64,000 nt of DNA from an uncultured Chlamydiae bacterium (GTDB lineage: Bacteria; Chlamydiota; Chlamydiia; Chlamydiales; JAJFMA01). Within the stretch, counting starts at the first letter, position 1, and each line of letters begins with the position of its first letter. Of the stretch, positions 39,022 to 48,204 are shown piece by piece. The stretch lies in assembly GCA_963713615.1 (NCBI GenBank), contig CAVQMM010000001.1, positions 1,536,001 to 1,600,000 of the forward strand, read 5' to 3'. A program made the position numbers and the translations under genes. The notes beneath the pieces were generated by a model. The model ran no database searches and had not been told where the DNA came from. It worked only from the letters and a program-made list of their open reading frames with translations.

Positions 39022-40455
39022 TTATATCAGAAGGTGGCTGAAATCGATGACTTTATCGAAGTAATTCTCTTCTAAAACGCTGTCTTCCACGCCGTTCACA
39101 TGAATCAAAACCGGCCTGATTGAAAAGTGCCTAGGAACTTTCAACCGTTTTCTCTTTTCTTCCATTTCTTCAAGGATTTTTTTCCCGATCTTATCTTTTT
39201 TAAACTTGACCTCGCATAAATAGAGGGTATGGAAACGGGTTTGAATCATATAGTCGAGTTGGCATCCCGGCTGTTTTGTTGTCGGGCTTTGAAAAAAAGG
39301 CCCATCCATAACTACCATCTCAGCCGAAACATTCAGCATCTCCCAAAGAGTCTTATAGTTATGCGTAACAAGGTTTTCAAACTGCAATCCCATGACCACT
39401 TCCCAGTTGGGAAAATTATTTAGCATCGACTCCGGCACTTTCCCTTGTTCAATTTTGACTTGGTTTGGGCCAATGTATTTCAGATAGAAGCGCAAATAAT
39501 TATCGCTCAAACGATAACGACTCAACTTCCCATATTTTCCGCTCTTCAGGTCCCATGTAAAATCCCTTCTTACAAAACCAGCCTTCACCAATTCATCCAG
39601 ATACTGGCTGTATAAACCTCCTTGGCTTTTGCCAAGCTCTTTGCAAATTTGAGTAAGCTCTTTAGGCCCACTGGCAAGGCAGGTTACGAGTTCTTTATGG
39701 CTTCCTTTGCGGCGGGAAAAAAGATCTGAGAATATTTCATCGAATTCCCGTACAAGCAGGCCTCCCTTTGCAAAACAGAGCTCTCGAATATTCTGTTCCG
39801 CAGATAGATCTGGCTTGATCCGCTCCAAATAGAATGGCACTCCTCCGGTTACAGACAAAACTTTGAATTTTTCATAGGCTGTTATGCGTGTTTCTTTAGG
39901 ATGCCAGAATGCATTGCATGATTGAAGAGGCAGTTCGTCGAGAACCATATCGATCATGATTCTTCCAAGGAATCCCGTATTGCTGAGAATATTCTTTTCG
40001 ATCCAAGAAGAAATCGACCCGCAAAGAGCAAAAATCAAATGAGGATTCTTGCTGAAATACATATCCCAAGCAGTTTTTAAATGGCCTAAAAATTCAGAGT
40101 CTTTTCCGCCCATCCAGGAAATTTCATCAAACACAATAAGCACCCGCCCTTTTTGGGTGTGCTTGGAAAGATGCCAGAGGATATTCCCCCAATCGTCCGG
40201 CTGGATCCCGGGAATCCCGTTTCTTTCGAGCTGCTTCACAAAGACATCGCGCTGCGATTGCGCTGTTGTTTTACGGGCTGGCGGATTTCCAGAAAAGAAC
40301 AAGCTCTTTACTTCCTTGCCGAATTCGGCCAGCAGCCTGCTTTTCCCGATTCTTCTTCTCCCTCGCACTACAATGAGGCTCGCGCTTCTAGTGCTCAATA
40401 AGCCTTTGAGCCTTGCCATTTCGGCTTCGCGACCGATGAATTGAGCTGTTTTCAT
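39022..40455 (-). CDS. AAA ATPase (archaeal-ATPase type) with C-terminal PD-(D/E)XK-like DUF234 domain
   Basis: Motifs FIGREAE, GRRRIGKS, FDEISW, GGVP.YL and QLD...LCEVKF. Confidence 0.85.
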   Translation of the reverse strand: MKTAQFIGREAEMARLKGLLSTRSASLIVVRGRRRIGKSRLLAEFGKEVKSLFFSGNPPARKTTAQSQRDVFVKQLERNGIPGIQPDDWGNILWHLSKHTQKGRVLIVFDEISWMGGKDSEFLGHLKTAWDMYFSKNPHLIFALCGSISSWIEKNILSNTGFLGRIMIDMVLDELPLQSCNAFWHPKETRITAYEKFKVLSVTGGVPFYLERIKPDLSAEQNIRELCFAKGGLLVREFDEIFSDLFSRRKGSHKELVTCLASGPKELTQICKELGKSQGGLYSQYLDELVKAGFVRRDFTWDLKSGKYGKLSRYRLSDNYLRFYLKYIGPNQVKIEQGKVPESMLNNFPNWEVVMGLQFENLVTHNYKTLWEMLNVSAEMVVMDGPFFQSPTTKQPGCQLDYMIQTRFHTLYLCEVKFKKDKIGKKILEEMEEKRKRLKVPRHFSIRPVLIHVNGVEDSVLEENYFDKVIDFSHLLI

Positions 40456-40838
40456 GGAATTCTCCCGAATTTTAGTCACATTATATATTTTTTTGGATAA
40501 CAAATCAATCTACAAATGGTAAAAATGTCGATTTGCAGATGTTTTTTTGGATTCAAAAACACGGCAACAAACGGCATATTTTGCTTTTTGCGGATGAATT
40601 TTTTCCTTTCGAAATTAATCTGTAAATCTGCAAAATCACCTTTTGCGGATGATTCTTCTGTGAATTCCAAGTGTTTGAGAGAATCATTCGAATAGAATCG
40701 CCAGCAACCTGGAAAAACAGAACATCTATACATAACCCAAATTTTCGGATGCTAAATTTGCTACCTACCTAAAAATTCCTTGGGGTTCCTAGCTTGGATG
40801 AGTTTCATAATCTTTTTGGTGAATCCCTAGCTCCTAAT

Positions 40839-40998
40839 GGCCTTGTTCACCTTTACGGTCAGAATTTCGGTCGGACGAAAAAGGTCGGATGTCGTGGTTT
40901 GTGACGAGGGCATAGCGCCAGCTATGTCCGAGGAGCAAAACGCGACAGACGATCCTTTTGCAGTCGACCGAAAACTGACCGCAAAGGTGAATAAGGCC
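40839..40998 (+). mobile_element. MITE family B (160 bp), copy 4
   Basis: Identical to 8637-8796, 8-bp TSD CTCCTAAT. Confidence 0.92.
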
Positions 40999-41240
40999 CT
41001 CCTAATCTTATGAAATATATTAAGTCCCGAGGCATATTCAATGAAGCAAGGTTTGGCGTAAAGGTGGCGACCTTTTGTCATGAAAATCAAATGACAGTCA
41101 AATAAGAAAATGGGGTCATAAGAAGGATTTACCTAGAGCACGGATTCATTCCGAGATCGATAGCATCTTCACCCATCAAATAGAAAAGTCGCTAGAATGC
41201 TCTGCCCAAAAGGGAACATACTTCATGTATCTTTTACCCG

Positions 41241-41310
41241 TGTCAAATGATCATGCAGAATGACCCACTTGGCGGTCACCAAGTGGGTCATTCTGCATGA
41301 TCATTTGACA
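41241..41310. mobile_element. 70-bp palindromic mini element, copy 2
   Basis: Identical to 33810-33879, no TSD. Confidence 0.8.
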
Positions 41311-41926
41311 GCGCACCCGAAATTCGCTCACGCTTAGAAAATGGTTCATGTGGCCTGCGTATGGCAGATGGTAGCGTGTTAACGGACTTTAAGGTACGCG
41401 AAGCAAAGCCTGGTGAATGGAATGTTTTTATCGCAATTGCTGAAAGGCGCTTCGCTCAAAGTCAAAACAAAGCATTGCCAGATCATGCTGTCAAAGATGA
41501 GACAGATACAATCGCTAGCCGGAATCAAATCACGTCTGTAGCAACAAGCGTAGCAATTACAACACCTTCACCAGGCTCTATTAGTGACAACAGATAGCAA
41601 AACCTACAGACAAGGGATTAATAAGTCCGACCGTACGTCCTTAAAAAACTATGGCGCTGGCGCGCCACAGCTTTTCAATGTTTTTTAAGTTTCTCCTCAG
41701 CATCATGATGTTTAAATTTTGATTGATATTAGAAGTTCAATCGTAGATACTCTCTCAGTATGAATCTCGAGAATCTCCTCTCTGCATTTCCAGCCGAGGT
41801 ACGTGAATCAGCCTCCATGAAAGGTTTGGTAGTTCTAAGTAGGATTGATTGTGTCCCTCCCGTGAGCGTGCGTGAAAAAAATATTCCGCCGTGGCATGAT
41901 ACCCCTCATTAACGTGGGAGGGTATC

Positions 41927-42343
41927 ATGTCCTATCTGGATAAACTGGCTAAAGTCGAGGCGCTTCTTCAACGTGCTTCCTCTGAGGGAGAACGCCACGC
42001 TGCCGAGCTTGCCAAGCAACGAATCTTAGCCAGAATTTCCGATATACACACCAGTCGGCCCATCGAGTACAAGATCTCTCTGGATAGCCCGTGGAAAAGA
42101 AGGCTATTTGCAACGGTCTGCTCCAAACATGGTTATAAAACCTATCGGTATGCCAGGCAAAAACGCACCACAGCTCATGTGATGATTGCTAAGAATTTGA
42201 TGGAAGAAGTGCTTTGGCCTGAATTTTTGCGGTATGCAAAAATTCTGGAAGAACTCGTTGAGGATATATTAAAAGACTTAACGGCTAAGATCCATCATGT
42301 GGAAGAGGAAGAGTTAGAAATTGCTGGCGAGATCGCACATTGA
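41927..42343 (+). CDS. IS66 passenger protein (N-terminal DUF2786-like helix hairpin)
   Basis: 138 aa, LAKVEALLQRASSEGERHAA, intact in all three IS66 copies. Confidence 0.75.
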   Translation: MSYLDKLAKVEALLQRASSEGERHAAELAKQRILARISDIHTSRPIEYKISLDSPWKRRLFATVCSKHGYKTYRYARQKRTTAHVMIAKNLMEEVLWPEFLRYAKILEELVEDILKDLTAKIHHVEEEELEIAGEIAH

Positions 42344-43953
42344 GGAGGAGCAAGATTGTGTGAATAATTCCAGGGCAACCAAGCCTTGGGATCCTCTAGA
42401 ACACTTTCAGTATTCTTTTGGATTGCTGTGAGATAGTTATAGGGATTGATCTTATTTAGAGTGCAGGTTTCGATGACACTCATCAGAATATCAGCAATTT
42501 TGGCTCCAGTTTCATTTTTGAAAAAATAGGCGTTCTTACGGTTAAGTACGGCCCTTTTGAGTTGACGTTCGTTGTCATTGTTTGAGATTGGAACTCCAGG
42601 AATACGTAAGAACAGGGTCAGCCCCTCCCAGTGATTATCAAGATACTGAATAGCCCTCCCAAAACTGCTATTGGGCTCTATTTGCTTGGAGTCTATAAGG
42701 TCTTTGCAATAGGCTCTCATCTTGTTCATGATCGGAGCACTTTTGTCTTGGTGCCACTTTAGCCTATCTTCAGGAGTCAGGCTTTCTTTTTTTGCTATCT
42801 TGTCGTTCAGAAACACTAAGTCAAAGGACGAGACTACATTCACGCACTCATTAGGCCAGTGTGACGCGAGCTCATAAAAATTACGTCGTGCATGGGCATT
42901 GCAATAGGCTAGTTGAGTGGAATGATTCTTTGGAATGTTCCTGGACAAAGCGTCACAGGCTTGTATAGGCACTGGAAGAGCCTCGTCACGCATATCCAAA
43001 AGATCTTTTAAATTTTCTCCTGCGTGCTGTCTTCCAGTAAAAAACAAGGCGATCTCTTTGTCGTGTGCTTTTCCAAGAATGCCCGTTGTGAATATTCCCT
43101 TCCTTTCTGGATTGGCTACTTCGTTTTCCTTCATAAGGCTAAGCACTCTTGCCATCGTATCGTCGTTGTGAAGGCATTCACAGTTGGCCGCGAGTTGGCA
43201 CAGCTCTATGAAAACAGGCTCCATGCACTCTGCAACATCATGGGTCATGCCCCAAATTTCTGTATCTGAAATAGGGTTGCCCAAAATGGTCTGTATTTGC
43301 TCTTGACGATAGAAGGGCATGCCACCGCGATATTTAAGAATCGAGACTATAGCCTTAGCTGACTTATCGATTCTTGACTCAGTGTAAAGCTCTTCGGGTA
43401 GTCTAGCGGTGAACACCTGTTGACAAATAGGACAGCGAAGTCTTTCAGGTTTGTAGATATGCACATTTAACCAGGGTTGCCCCACAATGCGAAGCACCGT
43501 TCCGGAAGCTAGATTGAATAATTTGCCTTTACCACACGCAGGACAGGTAGAGCCCTTTTTAAGAACCTCGTGGGCTACTTTTATGAGCTGCGCTTCTTGA
43601 TAATCGCTTGCTGGTCGATGCCCGTGCCCTTTTGCCGGACCTGCATCAGAAGGCTTCTCACTTGAAGTATCCTCAGAAGTGCTATTTCCTTTCTCGCTTC
43701 CAGTGTTTTTTGGTCGCAGTAGATTCTTTAACTTCTGTGCACTTTCCGTCTTAATCCCGAATACAGCTTTAAGCCTTGCAATACTCAAAGACTGCTCTCG
43801 AAGAGATCCCTCCATCCATATCATTGCCCTTACAAGATCAGCAAGCAAGGGGAAATCGTCTACCTCAAGGGATTGACTCTCGATCCTCTGTATGAGGGAT
43901 TCAATCTCTTCTGTAGTAAAATCTATGCGTTTAGGTCGCTTTGCCATCTTCAA
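42295..43953 (-). CDS. tnpC: IS66 transposase TnpC
   Basis: Zn finger CPACG...CPIC, HNDDT, CNAHARR and NNDNER..K.AVL.RKN. Confidence 0.93.
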   Translation of the reverse strand: MKMAKRPKRIDFTTEEIESLIQRIESQSLEVDDFPLLADLVRAMIWMEGSLREQSLSIARLKAVFGIKTESAQKLKNLLRPKNTGSEKGNSTSEDTSSEKPSDAGPAKGHGHRPASDYQEAQLIKVAHEVLKKGSTCPACGKGKLFNLASGTVLRIVGQPWLNVHIYKPERLRCPICQQVFTARLPEELYTESRIDKSAKAIVSILKYRGGMPFYRQEQIQTILGNPISDTEIWGMTHDVAECMEPVFIELCQLAANCECLHNDDTMARVLSLMKENEVANPERKGIFTTGILGKAHDKEIALFFTGRQHAGENLKDLLDMRDEALPVPIQACDALSRNIPKNHSTQLAYCNAHARRNFYELASHWPNECVNVVSSFDLVFLNDKIAKKESLTPEDRLKWHQDKSAPIMNKMRAYCKDLIDSKQIEPNSSFGRAIQYLDNHWEGLTLFLRIPGVPISNNDNERQLKRAVLNRKNAYFFKNETGAKIADILMSVIETCTLNKINPYNYLTAIQKNTESVLEDPKAWLPWNYSHNLAPPQCAISPAISNSSSST

Positions 43954-43995
43954 CCATCCCTAGGGCATTTATTTGACAATAAAAAAACAATATTG

Positions 43996-44352
43996 TCATC
44001 GAATTTTTCGCCATGTGTCTGAAAAAGAGGCGAGGCCTGGGTCTCCATTCCACAGAAGTGTTTGGAGCTCACGAGCCTCCAAAATCACTTCAACACCGCC
44101 ACTTGCTGGTTTAGGCCACCAAGAAAACCTTCCCTTTGAAAGGCGTTTAATGCAGAGCCAAAACCCCTGTCCATCGTACACTAAAACCCTTAGAGAGTTG
44201 ACAGACCGATTTCGAAAGAGAAAAACCGCACCATCAAAGGGATCTTTGCCTAAGATTTGTCTGCAACAGGATGCAAGGCCATCGATTCCTTTACGAAAGT
44301 CAACAGGAGCAATAGCAACATAGATAAGCATTTGAGGGGTGATTTGAATCAT
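43996..44352 (-). CDS. tnpB: IS66 accessory protein TnpB
   Basis: Motifs PVDFRKGIDGL and YDGQGFWL.KRL.KGRF.W. Confidence 0.93.
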   Translation of the reverse strand: MIQITPQMLIYVAIAPVDFRKGIDGLASCCRQILGKDPFDGAVFLFRNRSVNSLRVLVYDGQGFWLCIKRLSKGRFSWWPKPASGGVEVILEARELQTLLWNGDPGLASFSDTWRKIR

Positions 44353-44741
44353 GAGAACTCCCCTCTAAAGAGTTTACTAATAAGGGCAGGCAGATCCTTA
44401 ACAGGTCCAGTCCAGCGAAGAGTAAGAGGCCCTGCTTGGTGCTTGAGAGTGATTTCAACAAATGAATGAGACTCGCTAGGTAGAGGGCGCACTTGGGCAA
44501 AATCTTGAATAGTTTGTTTTCCACGCGCTAAGCGCTTCTTAAAGTACTGGACAGAGATGCCTAAGGCAGATGCAATTTCAGCAACAGAGTGAGTTGTCGT
44601 AAGATTGAACGCAGCTTGCCAGAGCTCCTTGGAGAAGCGTGGATGGCCTTTTTGCGATCTGACGCGATGAAATTCTTGAGCGACTTGTTCGAGCGAAAGA
44701 GTAGCAGATTTCATGAGCAACCTCCTTGGTTGTTTGCCCAC
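44349..44741 (-). CDS. tnpA: IS66 accessory HTH protein TnpA
   Basis: HTH-like, overlaps the tnpB start (ATGA). Confidence 0.75.
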   Translation of the reverse strand: MGKQPRRLLMKSATLSLEQVAQEFHRVRSQKGHPRFSKELWQAAFNLTTTHSVAEIASALGISVQYFKKRLARGKQTIQDFAQVRPLPSESHSFVEITLKHQAGPLTLRWTGPVKDLPALISKLFRGEFS

Positions 44742-44886
44742 GAATTTCGCTCAACCTTGTTTCAAAATCACGCACGCTCACGGGAGGGACACGATTGATT
44801 TAGTAGCCCAAACTGGGATATTTAGGACTGAGGGAAGTGATGAATGAGAAAAAGGTAAAAGAACTTAGATGGATGGCCGCTCTGGG

Positions 44887-45999
44887 GCTAGGGTCAGATA
44901 TGACTTATTGACTTTTTGTCAAAAATTCTGTTAAGCCTTTTGAAAACCTAACAACAACTCGTTCTTTAGTGAAACAATCTCTTGTTTCAAACTAGGCAAA
45001 TCGTGGCATTTTTTATCAAGGTTACTCGCTAAACGGCTAAGACCACCCGGATCCCTCCCTAGCTTATTTGCCACCTCTATTATTGAAAGCCCCTTCAAAT
45101 CCCTTGCGATAAGTGTGATCACCGCTCTTGCATGAGCCAACTCCCTTGCTCTACTTTGAGACATGATTTCGGTTTCGGAAAGCCCATATTTTGCACATAC
45201 ATATTTGATAAGGCATAAAATCGTAATGTCGAAATCATCTCGTCCATCACATTCATTTTCTTTAGAAAGGACCGCTTGAATAAATGCATCATTTCCTATT
45301 ATTCCCGATTGAAGCCCTATCTTAAAGTCAATTTCCTCTGTCTGACCTATTGCGACATGGACAAACTCATTATATCGCCTTCTAGCAATTTCGCGATCTT
45401 CGGAATATTTTTTGAGGACATAGTCGCACTCAAGCCACGCAACCGGATCAATCCCAAGATAGGCGTTATGTCCACTCCACCTGTAAGCCTCAGGACTCTT
45501 GACGAGACCTGCTCGAACAGGATTTAGGTGAATATAACGGACCAATCTTGCCAAATAATTTTCCTTGTTAACAAGAATCGACTTAAATCTTCCCTGAAAA
45601 ACGTGACCAACTTCTCGACGAAGACGATTAGTCCGTTGCGCATATCGAAAGGCAAAGTTCTGAATAGCTGACGAAAGTCCATCATTACCTTGTTGCCAGG
45701 CGAGATGGATGTGATTCGACATTAGACAATACGCGTGTATTCGATGCCCAAAACGCTCAATGCCTTCTTGTATAAGTAGACAACACTGAACTCTGTCATG
45801 GTCTGAGTAAAAAATAGGACGCCCTTGATTACCACGAAGCATGACATGATGAATGGCTCCCGGTGAAATGTATCGAGGTGATCTTGGCATTGACAATCCC
45901 TTTGTCGTCGCGAACGGCATTCGAAAAAAAATTTATACCGCCTGTGTAATGGAAAAGTCAATAAGTCACGTCTGACCCCTAGCACGTCTGACCCCTAGC
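44887..45999. repeat. Inverted repeats bracketing the RAYT gene
   Basis: GCTAGGGTCAGATATGACTTATTGACTTTT (44887-44916) versus AAAAGTCAATAAGTCACGTCTGACCCCTAGC (45953-45983), with a 16-bp tandem duplication to 45998. Confidence 0.8.
44931..45890 (-). CDS. REP-associated tyrosine transposase (RAYT, HUH/Y1) with DnaA-C-like C-terminal HTH
   Basis: Motifs HHVMLRGN, AYCLMSNHIHL, GHVFQGRFKS, YIHLNPVRAG and YRWS. Confidence 0.9.
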   Translation of the reverse strand: MPRSPRYISPGAIHHVMLRGNQGRPIFYSDHDRVQCCLLIQEGIERFGHRIHAYCLMSNHIHLAWQQGNDGLSSAIQNFAFRYAQRTNRLRREVGHVFQGRFKSILVNKENYLARLVRYIHLNPVRAGLVKSPEAYRWSGHNAYLGIDPVAWLECDYVLKKYSEDREIARRRYNEFVHVAIGQTEEIDFKIGLQSGIIGNDAFIQAVLSKENECDGRDDFDITILCLIKYVCAKYGLSETEIMSQSRARELAHARAVITLIARDLKGLSIIEVANKLGRDPGGLSRLASNLDKKCHDLPSLKQEIVSLKNELLLGFQKA

Positions 46000-46337
46000 A
46001 CAAGATGAAAATGTCGGCTGAGTTCCTGTTTCGACTCGTTAGTCAAGGAAATTAAGATGCGATCGCCCTGGCTACGTTACCGATCAATATTGACCAACGA
46101 TAAGCCAACATGCTACGCTCCTTTGCACAGCCAACAAGATGCCGAAGGCAATAATCTTGTTTGACCACAAAAAACCACCAGCCCTAGGTGTCTACTCGCA
46201 CATGATGCCACCAATGTTACCTCAAAAAAAAGAGTCTTTTCTTTTTTTCTTTCCAACATTAAAGATAGCAGGAGTCGCGTCGCTACAATCTCAACCGGGC
46301 ATCAGCGAGGACAGCACCCCCAAATAAGCCATACATT

Positions 46338-47423
46338 ATGAATTTACAATCGCTAGACTACAACGAATTTTCCTCACAAGACGAGTTTAATCCTTGGGAA
46401 CTCCAAGGGCTTACTCTTGGCAAACACAACCTAATTGTAGGAAAAAATGCGACCGGAAAAACCCGTATCATAGGGGTCATCGATCGCTTAGCCAAGCTAA
46501 TTCAAGTACCTCAAACAAAATTGTATGGAAGTTGGTCAGCTTCCTTTGTTGACCAATTTGACCATCGCTATGAGTACTTGGTTGAGACTGAGCAAGGCGA
46601 GATTTTGCGCGAAAAACTCACTTTAAATGGTCTTGAAAAGCTTAATCGGACTCGTGCCGGTGCCAAGATATATAGTGAAAAAGCCTCAACTTGGCATAGC
46701 ATTTCTCCTCCCAATGATAGATTGGTACTTCACGTTCGCAGAGATAAAGACGAATTCCCATTTTTTGAAAGCCTCGTTTCATGGGCAACTGGAGTACGGG
46801 GTTTTAGCTTTGCCAACACTAGTCCTAACTTGATCGAGATTCCAGGTAACCCAGTTCAATTGACAAGTCTGAATGCCGTGCCATCAGCTCTTGAACAGTT
46901 ATCACCGTTTCAAATCGAAAATGTTCTCAGGCAATTGCGCGACATTGGCTACGAAATCGAAACCGCATCTACCAGGTTTACCGAAGGCTTACTACCCACA
47001 GCAAAAATAATCTATCTAAAGGAAAAAGGGATTCCTAACGCCTTAAAACAATTTGAAACATCTCAAGGGTTATTTCGCGCCTTTTCTCTGCTCACTATTA
47101 TCGAGTTTCTTAAATCACAAAGCAATGTTGGATGTATCCTAATTGATGACCTTGGTGAGGGGCTAGATTTTGACCGGTGCAGGAGAATGGCGGAGATTAT
47201 TTTTAAAAACATTCCTGATTCTAAAATTCAATTCATCACAACCTCAAACGATATTTCTCTAATGAATGCCGTGCCTTTGAGTGACTTTATTGTGTGTGAA
47301 CGATCAAATCACATAGTTCAATGCTTCACTAAAATGAACTCAAAGAAAAAATTTGATGACTGGCAACAACTAGGCTTGAATAATTTTGATCTCTTAACTT
47401 CGAATTTCTTACTAGACCGCTAG
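46338..47423 (+). CDS. ABC/AAA_21-type ATPase
   Basis: Walker A GKNATGKT, signature SQG, Walker B ILIDDLGEGLD and TTSN. Confidence 0.85.
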   Translation: MNLQSLDYNEFSSQDEFNPWELQGLTLGKHNLIVGKNATGKTRIIGVIDRLAKLIQVPQTKLYGSWSASFVDQFDHRYEYLVETEQGEILREKLTLNGLEKLNRTRAGAKIYSEKASTWHSISPPNDRLVLHVRRDKDEFPFFESLVSWATGVRGFSFANTSPNLIEIPGNPVQLTSLNAVPSALEQLSPFQIENVLRQLRDIGYEIETASTRFTEGLLPTAKIIYLKEKGIPNALKQFETSQGLFRAFSLLTIIEFLKSQSNVGCILIDDLGEGLDFDRCRRMAEIIFKNIPDSKIQFITTSNDISLMNAVPLSDFIVCERSNHIVQCFTKMNSKKKFDDWQQLGLNNFDLLTSNFLLDR

Positions 47424-47424
47424 A

Positions 47425-48204
47425 ATGTATTTAAGAAAAATCGCCATCTACGTCGAGGGGCAAACGGAGCAAATTCTCCTTAAGCACCTCATACTGACCT
47501 GGTATTGTTACGCCGGCATCAAAATAGAGACTATTAAGTTACGAGGATACCAGAAAGTCCCCTGTACGGTACTGCCCTTTGAACCACTGGATGCTAACCC
47601 CGAATCGCTAATCTTCTTCGTGATCATTGATATCGATGGTATAGGGTCGCTTGTTTCTGCTATTGCCGATCGTGTAAAGAAACAGCGTGAGGCAAATTTT
47701 GATATTATTGCGCTCAGAGATCTCCATGCCGACGACTATCTGTCCTCCTGGAATAATCAAAAACGTTCTGGAGCGAGGCTAAGCAAGTTAGATATAATCC
47801 AGAAAATCACCAAACAAACGCGGCTAGCTCTACAACAACGAGGCTGTGAGGATAGCGATAAGATTGGTCTTTATTTTGCGATCATGGATGTAGAATGCTG
47901 GTTACTGACTTTTACAACCGCTGTGGCTAAATGGGCAAATATATCGGAAAGTGAGGTGTTGCAAGTCATAACCGGAGATGAGGAACAAGCGCGTCATTTT
48001 AATTTTGAAATGATCGACAATTCTGCCACATGTATGAAACGGATCGCAGAACTGGGCGGTAAGAAGTACGACAAATCACATGGAACCACCAAATTGCTTG
48101 TTGACCATATCACCTGCGAAGAGATTGACAATGTTTATAAATCCAACCAAAACCCGAGCTTCAGTATTTTTTGGAACAACTTACTCTGCCTGAGTCAAAT
48201 CTGA
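47425..48204 (+). CDS. TOPRIM-like (DUF4276/RloB-like) protein coupled to the ATPase
   Basis: Motifs IAIYVEGQTE, LRD and FAIMDVECWLL. Starts 1 nt after the ATPase stop. Confidence 0.7.
   Translation: MYLRKIAIYVEGQTEQILLKHLILTWYCYAGIKIETIKLRGYQKVPCTVLPFEPLDANPESLIFFVIIDIDGIGSLVSAIADRVKKQREANFDIIALRDLHADDYLSSWNNQKRSGARLSKLDIIQKITKQTRLALQQRGCEDSDKIGLYFAIMDVECWLLTFTTAVAKWANISESEVLQVITGDEEQARHFNFEMIDNSATCMKRIAELGGKKYDKSHGTTKLLVDHITCEEIDNVYKSNQNPSFSIFWNNLLCLSQI

Larger units (their letters stand above)
41851..44792 (-). mobile_element. IS66-family element copy 1 (intact) with passenger gene
   Basis: TIR GTGTCCCTCCCGTGAGCGTGCGTGA, 8-bp TSD GATTGATT, tnpA-tnpB-tnpC. Confidence 0.95.

Noticed and set aside
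2936..41090. ORF-track calls running through MITEs (2936-3262, 3314-3511, 4054-4371, 8602-8880, 16098-16394, 16149-16418, 40827-41090) as genes
   Set aside because: They arise from the open frames of the repeat and have unrelated flanks in each copy.
33810..41310. Composite transposon bounded by the two 70-bp palindromes
   Set aside because: The first copy has its own TSD and the outer flanks do not match.
43996..44352. IS66 TnpB as an RNA-guided TnpB nuclease
   Set aside because: It is the 118-aa IS66 accessory protein with no RuvC motifs; only the name is shared.
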